64,000 bases of DNA from Vitrella brassicaformis CCMP3155. Taxonomy: Eukaryota > Protista > Chromerida. Positions 49,201-62,041 of the stretch are shown here, piece by piece. The stretch is from NCBI GenBank assembly GCA_001179505.1, contig CDMY01000897.1:1-64000 (forward strand), given 5' to 3'. The position numbers were made by a program, and so were the translations under genes. How positions within the stretch are numbered: position 1 is the stretch's first letter; every line of letters starts with the position of its first letter. The notes below the pieces were generated by a model. It did no database searches and was not told where the DNA came from. It worked only from the letters and a program-made list of their open reading frames with translations.

Positions 49201-51538
49201 TCACTTGTTGCTTTCCGAGGAATGCCCCATGAGTGTGGCCAATATGTCCGCCAAAAGGTTGCCGGTGAACGGCGCCTGCTTGGCCACTTCAGTCTCGCCA
49301 CCACCACCACCAGCCCTCCTCTCTTGCCCGTCGTGTCGCGCCATCTTGCCTTTGTCTTTCTCTCGTTCGGCCAGTGAGACACTCGCCGGAGGTCTCTCTC
49401 CTCTCACTTGGCTGTTGGGTGCTGGTTCCTCAGGCGCGTTGGCCATCATCTCGTCCAGGAGATTCTCAAGCGGCGCTGGTGCTGGCGGCACGTCATCATC
49501 GGTTTTGGGGGGGACCACCTCGTCTGCCTCTGTCTCTGTCTCTGTCTCTGTGTCGGTCTCCTCCTTGTTGCCATCAGCGGCTTCTGTGTCTCCTTGTTGT
49601 CTCTCTGTCTCTTCACCCTCTTGCTGCTGTTGTTGTTGTCGCTGTTGTTCTTTGGTGTCAGCCAGGGCCTCGGAGTGCATGTGCTCGAGCTCGATGGGCA
49701 TCATGTTGGCGGCGTCATCTTTCTCATTTGTGCTGTCCTCCTCGCCAGATGATGCCGATGCTTCATCTCTTCCACTAGCCGAAGAAGCGGGTGGCAGCTC
49801 GTTGCCGCTTGGCTCGGCGGACACCTCAGTTTTCTTCTTGTCCACAGCCAGGAGGGAGGAGTGCTCATTTGGGTCGGTCGGGGGCAGCGGATGGGAGGGG
49901 TTTGCCGTCTTGTTGGCCTTGTGCTGGTACTGCTGTTGTTGTTGTTGTTGTTGCACGGCTGCCTCCTGCTGTTTCAGCACGTCGATCGCCTCACGGATCT
50001 GGCGCAGCAGGGCGGCCTGCTGCTCGTCTACACCCTCATTCTCACTTCCCTCTCCCTTGTCGTCACTGTCAGCCGACGGCACGAACGCCTTCTTAAGAGC
50101 GTCCATCATGTCGCCCATCTCAGTCTCATGCTTGTCCTTCTGCCCCGCCACGTGCTCGGCGACGTCAGTGTCTTTCTTCTCGCTGTTCGTCTGCACCAGA
50201 GTGGCAGCCTTGGGCGGAAGACCCAGTGGGAAGAACGGTTTGGGAGGGAGGGGCAGCGAGCCAGTCATATTCAGTGGCGGCTTCTCATCTTCTTCTCTGG
50301 TTGAGGGAGACAGGATCGATGCAAGAGGGCTGCCGATGCTGCTCGTGGGTGGCTTGTCGGCACTCAGAGGTACTGGATGTGGCGGGTGTGGCGGGGCCGG
50401 GGGATGGTGCACCAGCGGCCCACCCATATGCACCTTTCGCGTCACGATCGGCGGGTGAGGCGCATCGGCCCGGTTGTCACCATAGCTGGACCAGGACATG
50501 GATGTGGGGAAGCCGTCAAGTGCAGGCGGCCTGGGGGGCCGATGCGGCGTCAGCGATGCGCGAAGAGGGACGAAATGGACCTGACCAGAGAATGCGATGG
50601 CGGGCGTGTGGCGCCTGAGGATGACCGGAGGGAGGGGGCGGGGCACGGTCAAGGGCATGGACATCGGCATCGGCTCGGGGAGGGGGCCGAAGGCCGATCC
50701 CTCAACAGTAGTGATGTTGTTCTGACAGACACAGACATACACAGGACGCGTTTGCCCGTCCGATTCTCGCTGGTGCCCTCACCCCATTCAGTGTGACGGG
50801 TGGCGTCTTGAGGCTCATCTCATAGGACCGCTCGCGCCGCAACCGCACCGGTATTCGCCTGAAGAAGCTGTCAGCCATGCGGCTGAACAGACCACCCAAC
50901 GCATCAACCACTGCACAGATGCACTCAGAAACATGGTACATGGCCAGCTTACACATGTGTTTGTCAAGGTGTGCCCGTCCCTCGTACCTTTGGCGTTACT
51001 ATTGCCTCCCCCGCCCTCCATCACGCCGTGGAACGTCACATTAGCGCGAAAAACAGGGGGCGAAGGGGGAGACACCGGCAGGGGCAGAGGAAGGGGCAGG
51101 GGAGCCGCGCGCACGGTGACGTCCGACAGGGGCAGGGAAACCTGCCTCGCTCTCTTGCACATGTAGATGCACTAAACATGAAACAGAAAAGCACACATGC
51201 GTACAATGACATCATTGTGGTGTGTTTGTCTCCATGATCTCCTTCCCGTAGATACATACGTGCAGTGCCATGTGCATGGTCTGGCGCGACATGAAATGGC
51301 AGTCGTGCAGATTTGTGCCCATCAGGTGCGTCGAGGAGGGCTCGGGAGGGCAGGGCAGGCCGACTTGCTGGGCGGCTCCGGTGGTGTCATTCCGCCCCGT
51401 GGCGTAGTGCAGGATGAGGCGCTGATACTCGCGGGCGCTGCGGAGGCGAGATCAGATGTCGTTGCTGCGGTTTGTTGACTGCAGCGAGGGCGTGACGCAG
51501 AAAACGAAGACGAAGACGAATGAGGATGGGGATAGCAT
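49201..51538 (-). CDS. Hypothetical Pro/Gln/Glu-rich protein, possible signal peptide; 3' end uncertain
   Basis: A 1.5-kb exon (49201-50725) is preceded by exons VDALGGLFSRMADSFFRRIPVRLRR and CIYMCKRARQVSLPL, and by a start MLSPSSFVFVFVFCVTPSL. A donor near 49203 suggests a further exon around 48800-49070. Confidence 0.5.
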
Positions 51539-51670
51539 GGTGGGATGCAGGGGGATAGCAAGGACGCGCAAGGGGATTCCACCGTGACCGCGGTGAGACT
51601 GCCTCAAGCTTGCAATGAACCCCCGTCTTGCCCCCATCCTTGCTCCCCCCGCCATCCGCGACAGAGCACC

Positions 51671-54002
51671 ATGGACGTGTGGAGGTCAAATCTGCCTGCC
51701 ATTCTGAACAAGCTGCGGCTGCAGCTGCACCACTCCGGCAGAGAAACATTCGCAAAGCTGAGGAACGGCATTCAGGCAAGCACGGAATGCCTGCACGGAA
51801 TGGCACGTGCGCCCCATGGTGCGAAGCATCCTTGATGCCTTTGTTTGTCAGGAGTTTGATAAGGATGGCTCTGGGACATTGGAACGTCGCGAGTGAGCAC
51901 AGATAGACAACAGGGGAGATGCATTTTGCGCGGCACTATTTGTAATGAAGGTTCGAGAAGCTCATGGGCTGGTGTGGCCTCTTCCTGACGACACAGGTGA
52001 GGTGCCTATAGAATACTGTACATATCACATCCACCAACCACCAACCACGTCGCCTTTTCCTTTTCACCCTTCAACTGACCCGTTCGCCTGCATTGGTTTG
52101 GGTGTCTTCTAGGAGCTGTCGACACTCTTCAGAGTTGTGGCTGGCGAGACGGAGCCTTCATGCATCGCCACCGTGAGCAAGGGGGACCTAAATCGCTTCT
52201 TTGAGCTCCTCCGTGGCTCCCTCCCTTCCGCCCGTGCCGAGATGGTCGAGTTTGCCTGGAGCCAGCTGGATATTGAGGGCAAGGGAGCCGTCGACCTAGA
52301 GTTCCTGATATCGGCCTTCAATCCGTTGAGACACCCACACGTCGAGGCCGGACGGCTGTCCCCTGACACTGCCATACAGCGGCTCAGGGATGCGTTCGCT
52401 GAACTGGGGTGGGGTCAAGGCAAGCAGAGAGGCTGACATGATCCCTGTGTCTGTCTGTGTCTCTTTCCACTAGGTGCACGGATGTGGTGACAGAGGACCA
52501 TTTCGTCAAGTATTTCGAGGAGCTTTCCGCCTGCACGCCTCCCGAAAAGGACCTGGTTTTCAGGAGATTGATGCTTGGCGGATTCAGCCTGGAGACCGGC
52601 CCGTTTGACGTGTCGGAGGAGCGCGTTGGTGACATTATCCTGGGAATGTACGAGAAGCTGCAGTGCCTGCAGCGTCAGAAGAGCCCCTCAGTCTACCAGG
52701 CCTGCCACAAGTGCTTCCATTTGTTTGACAAGGACGAGTGTGGCGCGCTCGACTTCAACGAGTTCTCGGACTTCATGAAGCATATTGGCGTGCTCGTTGC
52801 TCAGGTCACCAGGAGAGGGAGGACAAGTGATGTCTCCGTGATGTGTGCGTGTCTCGTGTTTCTCTAGCACGAGCTGGAAGCAGTTTTCGGTGAGTTCGCC
52901 GGCAGCCTGGACAGCAGAGTGGAGTTCCAACGCCTCTACGCCGTCCTACGGTCCACACAACCAAGAAAGGACCCCATGCCGTAATGCATGACATTTTCTT
53001 TCGTCGTGTCTCGCCCTTACAGTGAGATCAATGCAGGCCCCCACAGCGTTATCGCGCCAGGTGTGTCGTCATCCGGCATCCCTCGCGGGACGCTTGTCGG
53101 CAGCCCCGGCGGGAACGGCCCTCCCATGCCCGTCAACGCTATCGAAAAAATAAGGAGCCACCTACATCTCAAGGCAAAAGATGGTCAGCAAATCGGTGCA
53201 TGGGTGCGGTGATGAATGAGGGCACTCATGTACGCAGGCATGTCTGAGTTGTCTAAGGCCGTTCGGGCCGCCGACAAGGAGAAGAATGGTTACCTCTCAC
53301 CTGACGAATTCAAATGGGTACACACCATGCATGCGCTGCATGGTGAAACCACCTGTCTTTCTTCTCCTTATCTCTGTCTGTTTCCTCTGTGTCTGTGTGC
53401 CGTCTTGTAGGTGTTGCGTGAAGTTGGTGTGGAGATGGGCGGCGAGGACCTGCTCCGACTGATGCGAACCTTCGACACAAACCGGGACGGCAAGGTGTCG
53501 ACAGCCGAGTTTCTCATCGCAGTCAAAAACGATGTTCCGCCCAGACGATTCCAGCTCATCCAGGACGCGTGGAACAAGCTGGTAGCCATCCAAACATGAG
53601 CCCACACAGCAAAGAAGTGGCACCTCTGGCGTCTCTTTCTATTCACAGGTGACGCTGTCTCTCGGCCGTCCGCTAGAAGAAGGCGAGGCGACTCCCACGT
53701 ACGTGCCGGTTGAGCTGCTCGTCGGTGTCTATGACCCCGCAGCCCACCCAAAAGTGTTGAAAGCCACATGGACGAAGGTGAGAGCTCAGTCGATATGGTG
53801 ATGGGGTGTTATGTTTGTGTGTTGGTTGCAGGATGCCGCAATTGATAACTTCGTCGATTTCCTTGGGGAGGAGGCGGCGCTGGGCCGGGTGCAGGAGGAG
53901 GCCTTCATCGAGTACCTGGTGGATCAAAGCACTGGCATGAGCATGGAAGCCTACTTTGCACGATACATGAAGGTGGCATTCGGCATGGACGATGACTGCT
54001 GA
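51671..54002 (+). CDS. Multi-EF-hand calcyphosin-like protein with tandem modules
   Basis: EF loops FDKDGSGTLE, LDIEGKGAVD, FDKDECGALDFNEF, ADKEKNGYLSPDEF and FDTNRDGKVSTAEF. Calcyphosin-type FNPLRHPHVEAG and YDPAAHPKV segments, plus R...V..AW..LD motifs. Confidence 0.82.
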
Positions 54003-54104
54003 ATGCTAGAATGAATAGACATGACTTGATATGAATCAATTTCTTCAAGTGATCTCAAACAAATCTCTCATTCATGAGAGGAGCGAAACGATCGAGACGC
54101 CCCC

Positions 54105-54404
54105 NNNNNNNNNNNNNNNNNNNNNNNNNNNNNNNNNNNNNNNNNNNNNNNNNNNNNNNNNNNNNNNNNNNNNNNNNNNNNNNNNNNNNNNNNNNNNNNN
54201 NNNNNNNNNNNNNNNNNNNNNNNNNNNNNNNNNNNNNNNNNNNNNNNNNNNNNNNNNNNNNNNNNNNNNNNNNNNNNNNNNNNNNNNNNNNNNNNNNNNN
54301 NNNNNNNNNNNNNNNNNNNNNNNNNNNNNNNNNNNNNNNNNNNNNNNNNNNNNNNNNNNNNNNNNNNNNNNNNNNNNNNNNNNNNNNNNNNNNNNNNNNN
54401 NNNN
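54105..54404. other. Assembly gap (300 N) flanked by poly-C
   Basis: Run of n characters in the supplied sequence. Confidence 1.
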
Positions 54405-54437
54405 CCCCCCCCCCCCCCCCTGAATCTGAGACGCCAA

Positions 54438-57400
54438 ATGGCTTCTTTGAAATTGCTTCTCCCCCTGCTCTCCTTCGCTGCATGCGGCACCGGTGATGAC
54501 CGTCCCCTTGGGCCATCGTTTCTCCTCCAGTCCTCCAGGGACAACGCCACCCAGCCATTCTCGTTTGATGACGTGGACGCCCTTATGGAAGTCAATGACC
54601 CGTTCAGCCCGTCATTTCCCGTCCCTTTTACCAACATGGGGATCAGCGGTGGCGGGGATACAGCAGGCGAGTGGACACTTACCGAACTGTACAACGGCCT
54701 CCAGGTCTGTAGCAGTACTCGAGCCACTGCACACGTACAATCCCGTCTCCCGTTCGCTTCTCTGTGTCAGCCGCCCTTCAGCGAAAAAGGGCGAGGGGCG
54801 TGTGAGCATGTGAGAAGGCGACGAGTCTATCGACGGAATGGGCACAACTGTGATCGTCGCATTCTCTTTTTCGACCAGGTCAAAGAGTTGTTTTTTGAGA
54901 GGTGGGATGTGAGGGGGATCGTTAGGAAGCACGTGAACCGATACATTCTGGAGACAGCCAAGAAGCAAGACACCATTGTCCAAGGCGCAACGAGGGCCTT
55001 TTTGCTCAAAAGAGTTGCAACGGGGATACAGACCTACGTCGACAGTCACATCTGCGACGTAAGCACGTACAGAACCGTGGGCGACGAGACACAAGACACG
55101 TCCACGTGGCATCGATGTAGATTATCCCGTTTCTTGTGGGCCGGCATCCAGTGGTTCGGCTGTTGATAAGACAGGCAGCAAAGATACCGAAAGAAATCGC
55201 CAAGGATGTCCTCGCGTGGTACTCAGAGACGATCACAAAGACCGCCACGCAGCTGGGCTCCATTATGAGCGTGACAAGCGCCCAGGTACCTTCCCACCTA
55301 CCATCCCACCGAGGCTGTCTAATTGGTACATCATGTGTTTGTGGCTATTTCAGGTTTGCAAAAAGGACACTGACATAATACCACTGGACCAAGGGCCAAA
55401 GTGTCTCAATGACAACGGTGGGCAGGCAGCTGGACTTCTGGAAAAGCAACGTCGAGACACCGTTTGGGTGACTCCGGCTCTCTGTCTTGTGCATCTGTCG
55501 GGTCGACTGTGTGTTTGGTGCGATGCAGATAAGTTGTCGGCTTCCTGGTCATTGGGTGTCTTCGGCACCATCCGTGAGGCGCGGTGCTGCAGCGCACCAG
55601 GAAACATGAATTTCATGACTAAAAAGGGCGAGCTGAAGCGTGCTGCTGACTACCTAAAGCCGTCGCTGCAGCACAAGTAAGAAAGCATTCATCCCTGCAT
55701 GCATTCACGCAGCCAGTACGGGAGGACAAGGAGCCATATTTCCTGTCCTCTCTGCAGAGACATGTCTTACTTCGATTGTTCCTTCTTTGAGGAATTCCAC
55801 AGAGAAAAGACTGGAGAGGTGCGCGCAGATACCTGATACGGTACATACTCTATTTGGATGCATCATCAGATTCGCAAGTGCTGGTCGCCGTCGGACCCCA
55901 TTTCAGACATCCTTTCACTCAATCCTTCCAGCGCTGTCGACTACAAGTGCAAGTGCGTCGACAGAAAGACATTCGAGGCGGCAGAAGCGGCGGGGCAGCA
56001 GGCGGCCTACGACAACATCACTTCCGGCTCGTCACCAGACATGTGAATGGACTAACAGACGCTGGACTCCCTTGCATGCTTGGCGCTCGCTGTCCGGTTG
56101 TGTATGCAGCGTGGAGTTTGCCTTCCATTGGCTTGTGTCCGGGTTGATCAGCTCCTACCTCGTCGAAACGAGCGGCAGCAAACACAAAGATGCGGTCGAG
56201 TATGCCCAGTATTACCCAGCCAACAAGAATATGGCTTGTTCTGGTACGGGCGTCCTCCGACAAGGGCAGTGTTGGCCCTTCGATCCATGCCCGGCGGAGT
56301 ATCCCCATCTGTGCCTGTTTGCGTCTCGGTGTGCACGACATGCGTTCGCCTGCGCCGACGCTGTTGCAGAAGAGTGAGACACAGACAGACAGACAGACAG
56401 AGGGCAATGGCCGCTCTCCTGGCCGACTGATAGCGTCGGGAGGGTTGCGTCCGCTCTGCTCCAAATCCCACAAGCCGTTCTGGTGAGCAAGAAGGTTATG
56501 CTAACCGACACTGCGCTCGAGGTAAGTAAATGAGCAAGGCGTCCCGTTCGGTAAGGTCATATGCCTGTCTCCATGTGTGCCGATGTACCCCACACAGGTC
56601 CTCAAGACGATAGGGCTGTCTGCACGAATGCACTTTTTCCTCAAAGACAGCAAGGCGGCCATCGCTAAGGTGATGGAAAGAGTGACGATGCCGGCACTGC
56701 CGCCATTTGTTAAGAAGCCTCGCAAGCTGCACTACGTGGAGGCGGCTGCTCTGGTGTGGATGGCGTGGGCGCTGGTGCTGCTGAAATCTTCTCTCCTGGT
56801 GGCACACAAGGCCCAAAGTCTCATTGGCGTCCTGGCGGCCCCGGACTTCTGGGATGTAAGCGGCTGCAAAGATGCATGCAGAAAGACAGATAGACAGACA
56901 GACAGACAGGTAACACATGCAAAAATTAGCAGTTCGTGTCTCCCGTTTCTCTGCATGTGTCTTTCTTCTCTCTTTATGCACACACGGCCGTGTGCAGCTG
57001 TACGGCCTGTGGGAGGGATTTGGAGAGATCAGCCTTTCATCCGTGAGACCGAAAACGGGCTTGACAAACACATACTCACATCCATTGAGTATGTTGTGTG
57101 CAGGAGAAAGAGTCAAGGGCACCCTCAACAAGTGGCTCAGAAGATACGGCTACTTCCAAAAAGAAGACTTCGTGAAAGAGCACGAGTACGTGGTGGGCAT
57201 ACTCAGCAAAATCAAATGGACTAGCTTGCTCACGGGCGTCGCAGTCGCGGACCTCATCAGTAAGCGAGCGCTACAATCGCGAGCTGTATCGATGGCAACA
57301 ACTGCTGGGCTGTCTCTGTCTGTCTCTCTCTGTTGTGTTCCATACGGTGGTCAGAGGCCATTTCAAGTCTGCGCGGAGCTTTCAAGCAGATGGGACACTC

Positions 57401-57850
57401 GGAGCAGTGCGAGTATCCCGAGGTGGGAATCGACTGAGTGTGTGTGTTGCACGTCGTGGTATAGTAGTGAGACACATGTGGCCTCTGCTCGTGCTGCGAC
57501 CTATCTTATACATGTATGTGGGCATGAGGTGCTACGACCCTCACACATAGCAACCGAATTTGACCCCATCGAGGGCGCACAGCAGGTGATGTCACTCAGT
57601 CTTACACCCCACGCCGACCTTTGTATGGAAGACACAGACACAAGAAGGGAAAACCGGCACATTGCTTTCTTCCTATGGAGACGACAAAGGCCTGGACCCC
57701 AAGGCTCATCGCTGCAAACAGCAGACGGACAGGTGCGAGGCATGCAGGCCCTCTATGTGTCCTGCAGGCTTCTTTGGCCCCTGCATGGTTTGTGCAGCTC
57801 CCTTGCCTAGTCGCGTACACGGGTCACTGATAGGTCTGGATGACCGATAA
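54438..57850 (+). CDS. Large hypothetical Cys-rich, probably secreted or membrane protein (many exons)
   Basis: Signal-like MASLKLLLPLLSFAACG. Exons include CWSPSDP...CKCVD, CWPFDPCPAEYPHLCLFASRCARHAFAC and a hydrophobic AAALVWMAWALVLL. The likely last exon is DKGLDPKAHRCKQQTDRCEACRPSMCPAGFFGPCMVCAAPLPSRVHGSLIGLDDR*. Confidence 0.58.
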
Positions 57851-60800
57851 TGGTGGACAGAAACAACACGGAGGTCAGCAAAGATTGCTTTCGCCCTGAA
57901 AAAATGCCCGCTCAGCGTACCGAGCGGAAAGTGGTTATGCGGGGTCCTGACCAGAAAGAAAGTCCCATGAATCCGGAGGCTTTTGATCTGACGTGAGCTT
58001 ACAGGAGGACAATTGGATAGACAGGCGAGATCGTGAGAGAGCCCAACATGACAAGGAGAAACGTCCACTCGCCCAGGAACTTGGAGACAAGCATCCGCCC
58101 TGAACGCAATATACAGAGATACACACACACACACACATACGAACACACACGAACACACACACACACACACGCACACACACTGCTATTGGATGTCTCCCTT
58201 CCCTACTTGGTGTGGGCAGGTATGGCTTGCAGATGGACAGCACCAGGTAGGTGGTAATGCTGTTGAAGACCGTTGTGAAGACGGTAAACCTGTGGCAGCA
58301 AAGAGCACATTTTTGGTCAGATAGATAGAGAGGCAGACAAGATAGACGGATACATTCAAGTCAATTCCTTCCCCTTGTTCCCCTTTTGCGTACATGAAGA
58401 ATCTGTCGAATGCCTCTTGACTGAGGTCGGTGAAGGCGGGGTACAGGTGGCCAGATGGCGCTACGTTCCGTATGTACCACATGTAGAGAAACACTTGGAA
58501 TGGGCCGATTATCTGCACACAACCAACAGGCAATCAAGCCACCAAGGACAGGCAGATGCGCGATGCATGTCTCCCTCCCCCGCCTCACCAACCTCTGTGA
58601 AAGCTTGAATGAGGAAGGTACCAAAGGCGGCCGTCACGTCCTCAAAGATGCGATCGTCCAACGTATAGATGGACAGCAGCTCCCCCGTTCCCCCCCTCAC
58701 CAGCGACACAATTGCCGACGAACGGCGCCCTGTGGACGCCACAAGACTCTTGATCGACGACCGGCGCTTTGCTTGATACGCCTCGAGCTCCTTATCGAGC
58801 TGCTCCATCTCCTTCGCCTTCTCCGCGACTGTCACGCTCTTTCTCTGCGGGATCGGCTGCTGCTGCTGCTGCTGCTGCTGTGGGGGCTCATCGGATTGGG
58901 AGGAGGCTTGGAAATCGCTCGTCTGGCTCTGAGGCGACAGGACGTCGTCAGGCACGGCCTTGTTATCGGCGTGAAGGTGCCCGATGGTGACTTGTTTGAC
59001 CGGCGGCTGCATCGAGAACATGGCTGCCACGTCACTTTCCTGCTGCTGCTGCTGCTGCTGGTCTTCAGTGTTGCCATTGTCGGCTGCTGCTCCCTCTTCA
59101 ATGTCGTTGTGGTCCCTGAGATGTTGGGTGGTGTGTGCGGTAAGATACTTGGCTAGCGCGCTGTGGCGGCGAGACGCCATGAACGCCTCCGGGTTCTTCC
59201 TTTGAGTGTTTGGCGAGTGCACGTTTGGCAATGTCTCCATGCCGTAGCCTGCCGTATGTATACATCAACGCAAGACGATAAGAGCTAAGTACCCTGACTG
59301 CATGGAGATGTGTGTACCGACCGCATGTGAGGACAAGGAGCAGGTTAGACCACAGGCACCTGCAGCAGCTCTCCAGAGTGAAACTCCTCTGCGGCTGCTT
59401 GGCACGCCTGTACTCGCCTGTGGACGTCACGCGACGCACCGCTCTGTTGTGCTCCTGCATTGCATGCATGCCGTAGTCAGTCAATGAAGGAGGTGCGTAC
59501 TCGCTCTCCTTGGCTTTGCTTTGCTTGGTTCACCTACGCGGATGATGGTATAGGCCGGGTAGGCAAGAAACAGGCACCGCTGGAGCGCCGACATCCAGAA
59601 CTGGCATCATACAGACATACAAGTATGGACCATGGCTGCCTGTTTCTGCCTGTCTTACCACCCACACACGGATCGTTGGGAACAAGATAGACATGTACCT
59701 GTAGGCCAGGCAACAGATCGATCAGCCTGCGGGTCACTTACACAGTATGTCTGTGAGCGAACAGGTGTCAATGAGGTGCTCACATCGTGGTGACCATTTC
59801 AGGCAACCTAATGCAGAAAGAGCACAACGACATGATGAATGAGAAAGGTTTTTTGAACGACATATATATACAGACAGACATACATGGCTCCTGCGATCTC
59901 CATCTTCCTCCTGGTCTTTCTCAGCACGTTCCTCGCGAAGTAAACCAGGTAATATCTGCGGACAGACAGAGAAACAAATCGATGTGCATCCATCACTCAT
60001 GTCCCTCCGTTGGCCTGCCCGAATGTAGGAAAGATGAAGACCAGCATTCCCTCCACGAAGGCCTGCTTGTGCTGCGCGGCCAACACGACCAATGACGTGT
60101 ACAGCACCACCGCCAGCCAGAGGGCCGGCGCAAACATGCAGATGAAGGTGCAGAAGAGCCAGCGCTTGAAGCCCTGCAGACACGCATTCACCGCCGGCCG
60201 TCAGAGAGAGAGAGAGAGCAACAGCCATCCTGGGGTTAGCGAGCCCACCTACCCAGGAGCTGGTCCAGTAGCGCTCCTTCCACTTAGGCAGAGCAAAGAG
60301 GACGCAGAAACACCTACAAGGCCGGAAGTAACAAGAAATACGCGCATTCAATCCGTTCCTCGTGTATCTGGCTCACTGGACAACGAATATCGGTATTCCA
60401 ATGACGAAGGCATGCGCAGGCACACCTGGTAGGGAGAAGACGGAACCATGTCTCCTTTTAAGTGCGCCACGCCATATGAATTCGCTTTTGCGCCTTTTTC
60501 TGTGCTGAGGATAGGTCACCGGTGACTCCTGAGCCAGCACTGATGCCCAGGGTAATTGCTGGCCCTATGAGACCCGGAACGAATGACCACTGAATGAAAT
60601 GCAAGCAGGCAGGCCACAGATATGAATGCGTCCGTCTGTCTGTCTGTCTCTGACCAAGAGTGTCCAGAAGGTTATTTGCTCCGAAAGAAACCCGGGGATC
60701 CAGGTACAGGGTAGGGCACCTATCAACAGACGAAACTAGAGAGAGAGGGAGAGAGCCTGAGAAGGCAATATGTCTCTCAGTTTCTTGTCTTCACCATTGG

Positions 60801-61837
60801 CAGGTAGCCCCAAAAGTAGAGTATCTGGTCCTGTAGAACACGCATCCATTCCTCATCTATGGCCAGACATTGACAAAGATCGAAGGAAGGAATACGTTCA
60901 TCACCTGCCATGGCTGATCCTCCTGAACGCATAAAATTCAGAGAGAAAGAGAGAAAGAGAGAAAGAAAGAAAGAAACAGAATGAAGGAAAGAAAGAGACA
61001 CGGAGGTAGGTCGATCAAGTGTCTTACGTACATCTTTGAGGGGCATGCTATTCCATATCAGCCCCATCAACGTGGGGACGAGCGCCAGAAAAATGATGCG
61101 GCAGGACACAAACATGAGGTCGCCCACCGGCCCCGTGCAGCGTTCCCGCTGAGGGCTGTCCAGCACCCACGTGGTGATTATACTGTCGTCATCGCCAAAG
61201 GCCGACCTACAGATGCCACCAGATCCCTCCATGCAGACAAAACACATCCGGCTACTCTGCCCTCCCAATCAAGCATTTAAGGCCACCTGACGGCGTCGAT
61301 AAAAGCCACAACGCGCCCGCTCCTGAAGAAGCTGTCGAACAATGATCGCCGCGTCGACGCGTCTCCGCCCTCCTCCGACTGAAAAGCCTGTGACCCGCCA
61401 CTCGCAGCCAGGGCCTGGCCGTCCTCGCCCCTGCGCGACAGCATCACAGACTTCTTCTTGCTGTCAGGAGACGGCAGCGGCAGACTCGGTCCTGGCGCGG
61501 TCGTGTCTGTCGGGTGTGTGTCGACCTCTCCTGGAAGCCCCTCGAGCTCTGGCGCTGTCTCGTTGGTGTCAACGAAGAGAGCCTCGCCCACTGCAGGGAT
61601 GTTTGATGCCCATGTCGGGCTGTCTTCAAGTATGGACGCGGCTTGCGAATGGGCGCCTGGTGACGCATCGGTGTCGCCTGTGGGGAGGTGAACGGTCCTG
61701 TTGATCTCTTCATTTTCTTCCAGAGGGGGAGGGGAGGCAGGAGAGCCCATGGCTGGTCCGGGGCGGCTCAGCTTCTGGTTCTTGTCGGGTCGGATGACAA
61801 CAGAAACATCGTCTGAACGCGTGGGCCCTTCCGTCAT
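57807..61837 (-). CDS. Unrecognised multi-pass membrane protein, paralog B
   Basis: AFGDDDSIITTW, GVPAHAFVIGIPIF, FCVLFALPKWKERYW, RWLFCTFICMFAPALW, YYLVYFARNVLRKTRRKMEIAGAM, LLSIYTLDD, FTVFTTVFN and ISPVYPIVLLTPHNHFPLDLSVTRVRD*. Terminal exons are 57921-57946 and 57807-57835. Confidence 0.8.
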
Positions 61838-62041
61838 GACTCACAGATTGGGAACTCTATCGTCTTCTCTGGCGACACCGAAAGCAGCGACATGGTCACA
61901 CCAAAGAATGAACGCATGTCGTGCCAGGGCAGCCGGAGGGGGGCGTCGGGATCGGGCTCACACTAAGCTCGCAGGTAGGGTGCTCCCTGAAACCGCTGCC
62001 TGGCGCTTGCACAACCGCTCTCGAGGAAGAGATCTGGGAAG

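Noticed and set aside
54101-54420. Poly-C runs flanking the N gap as a functional element or poly-Pro ORF
   Set aside because: Most simply a homopolymer that broke the assembly. ORFs spanning it are artefacts of translating N.
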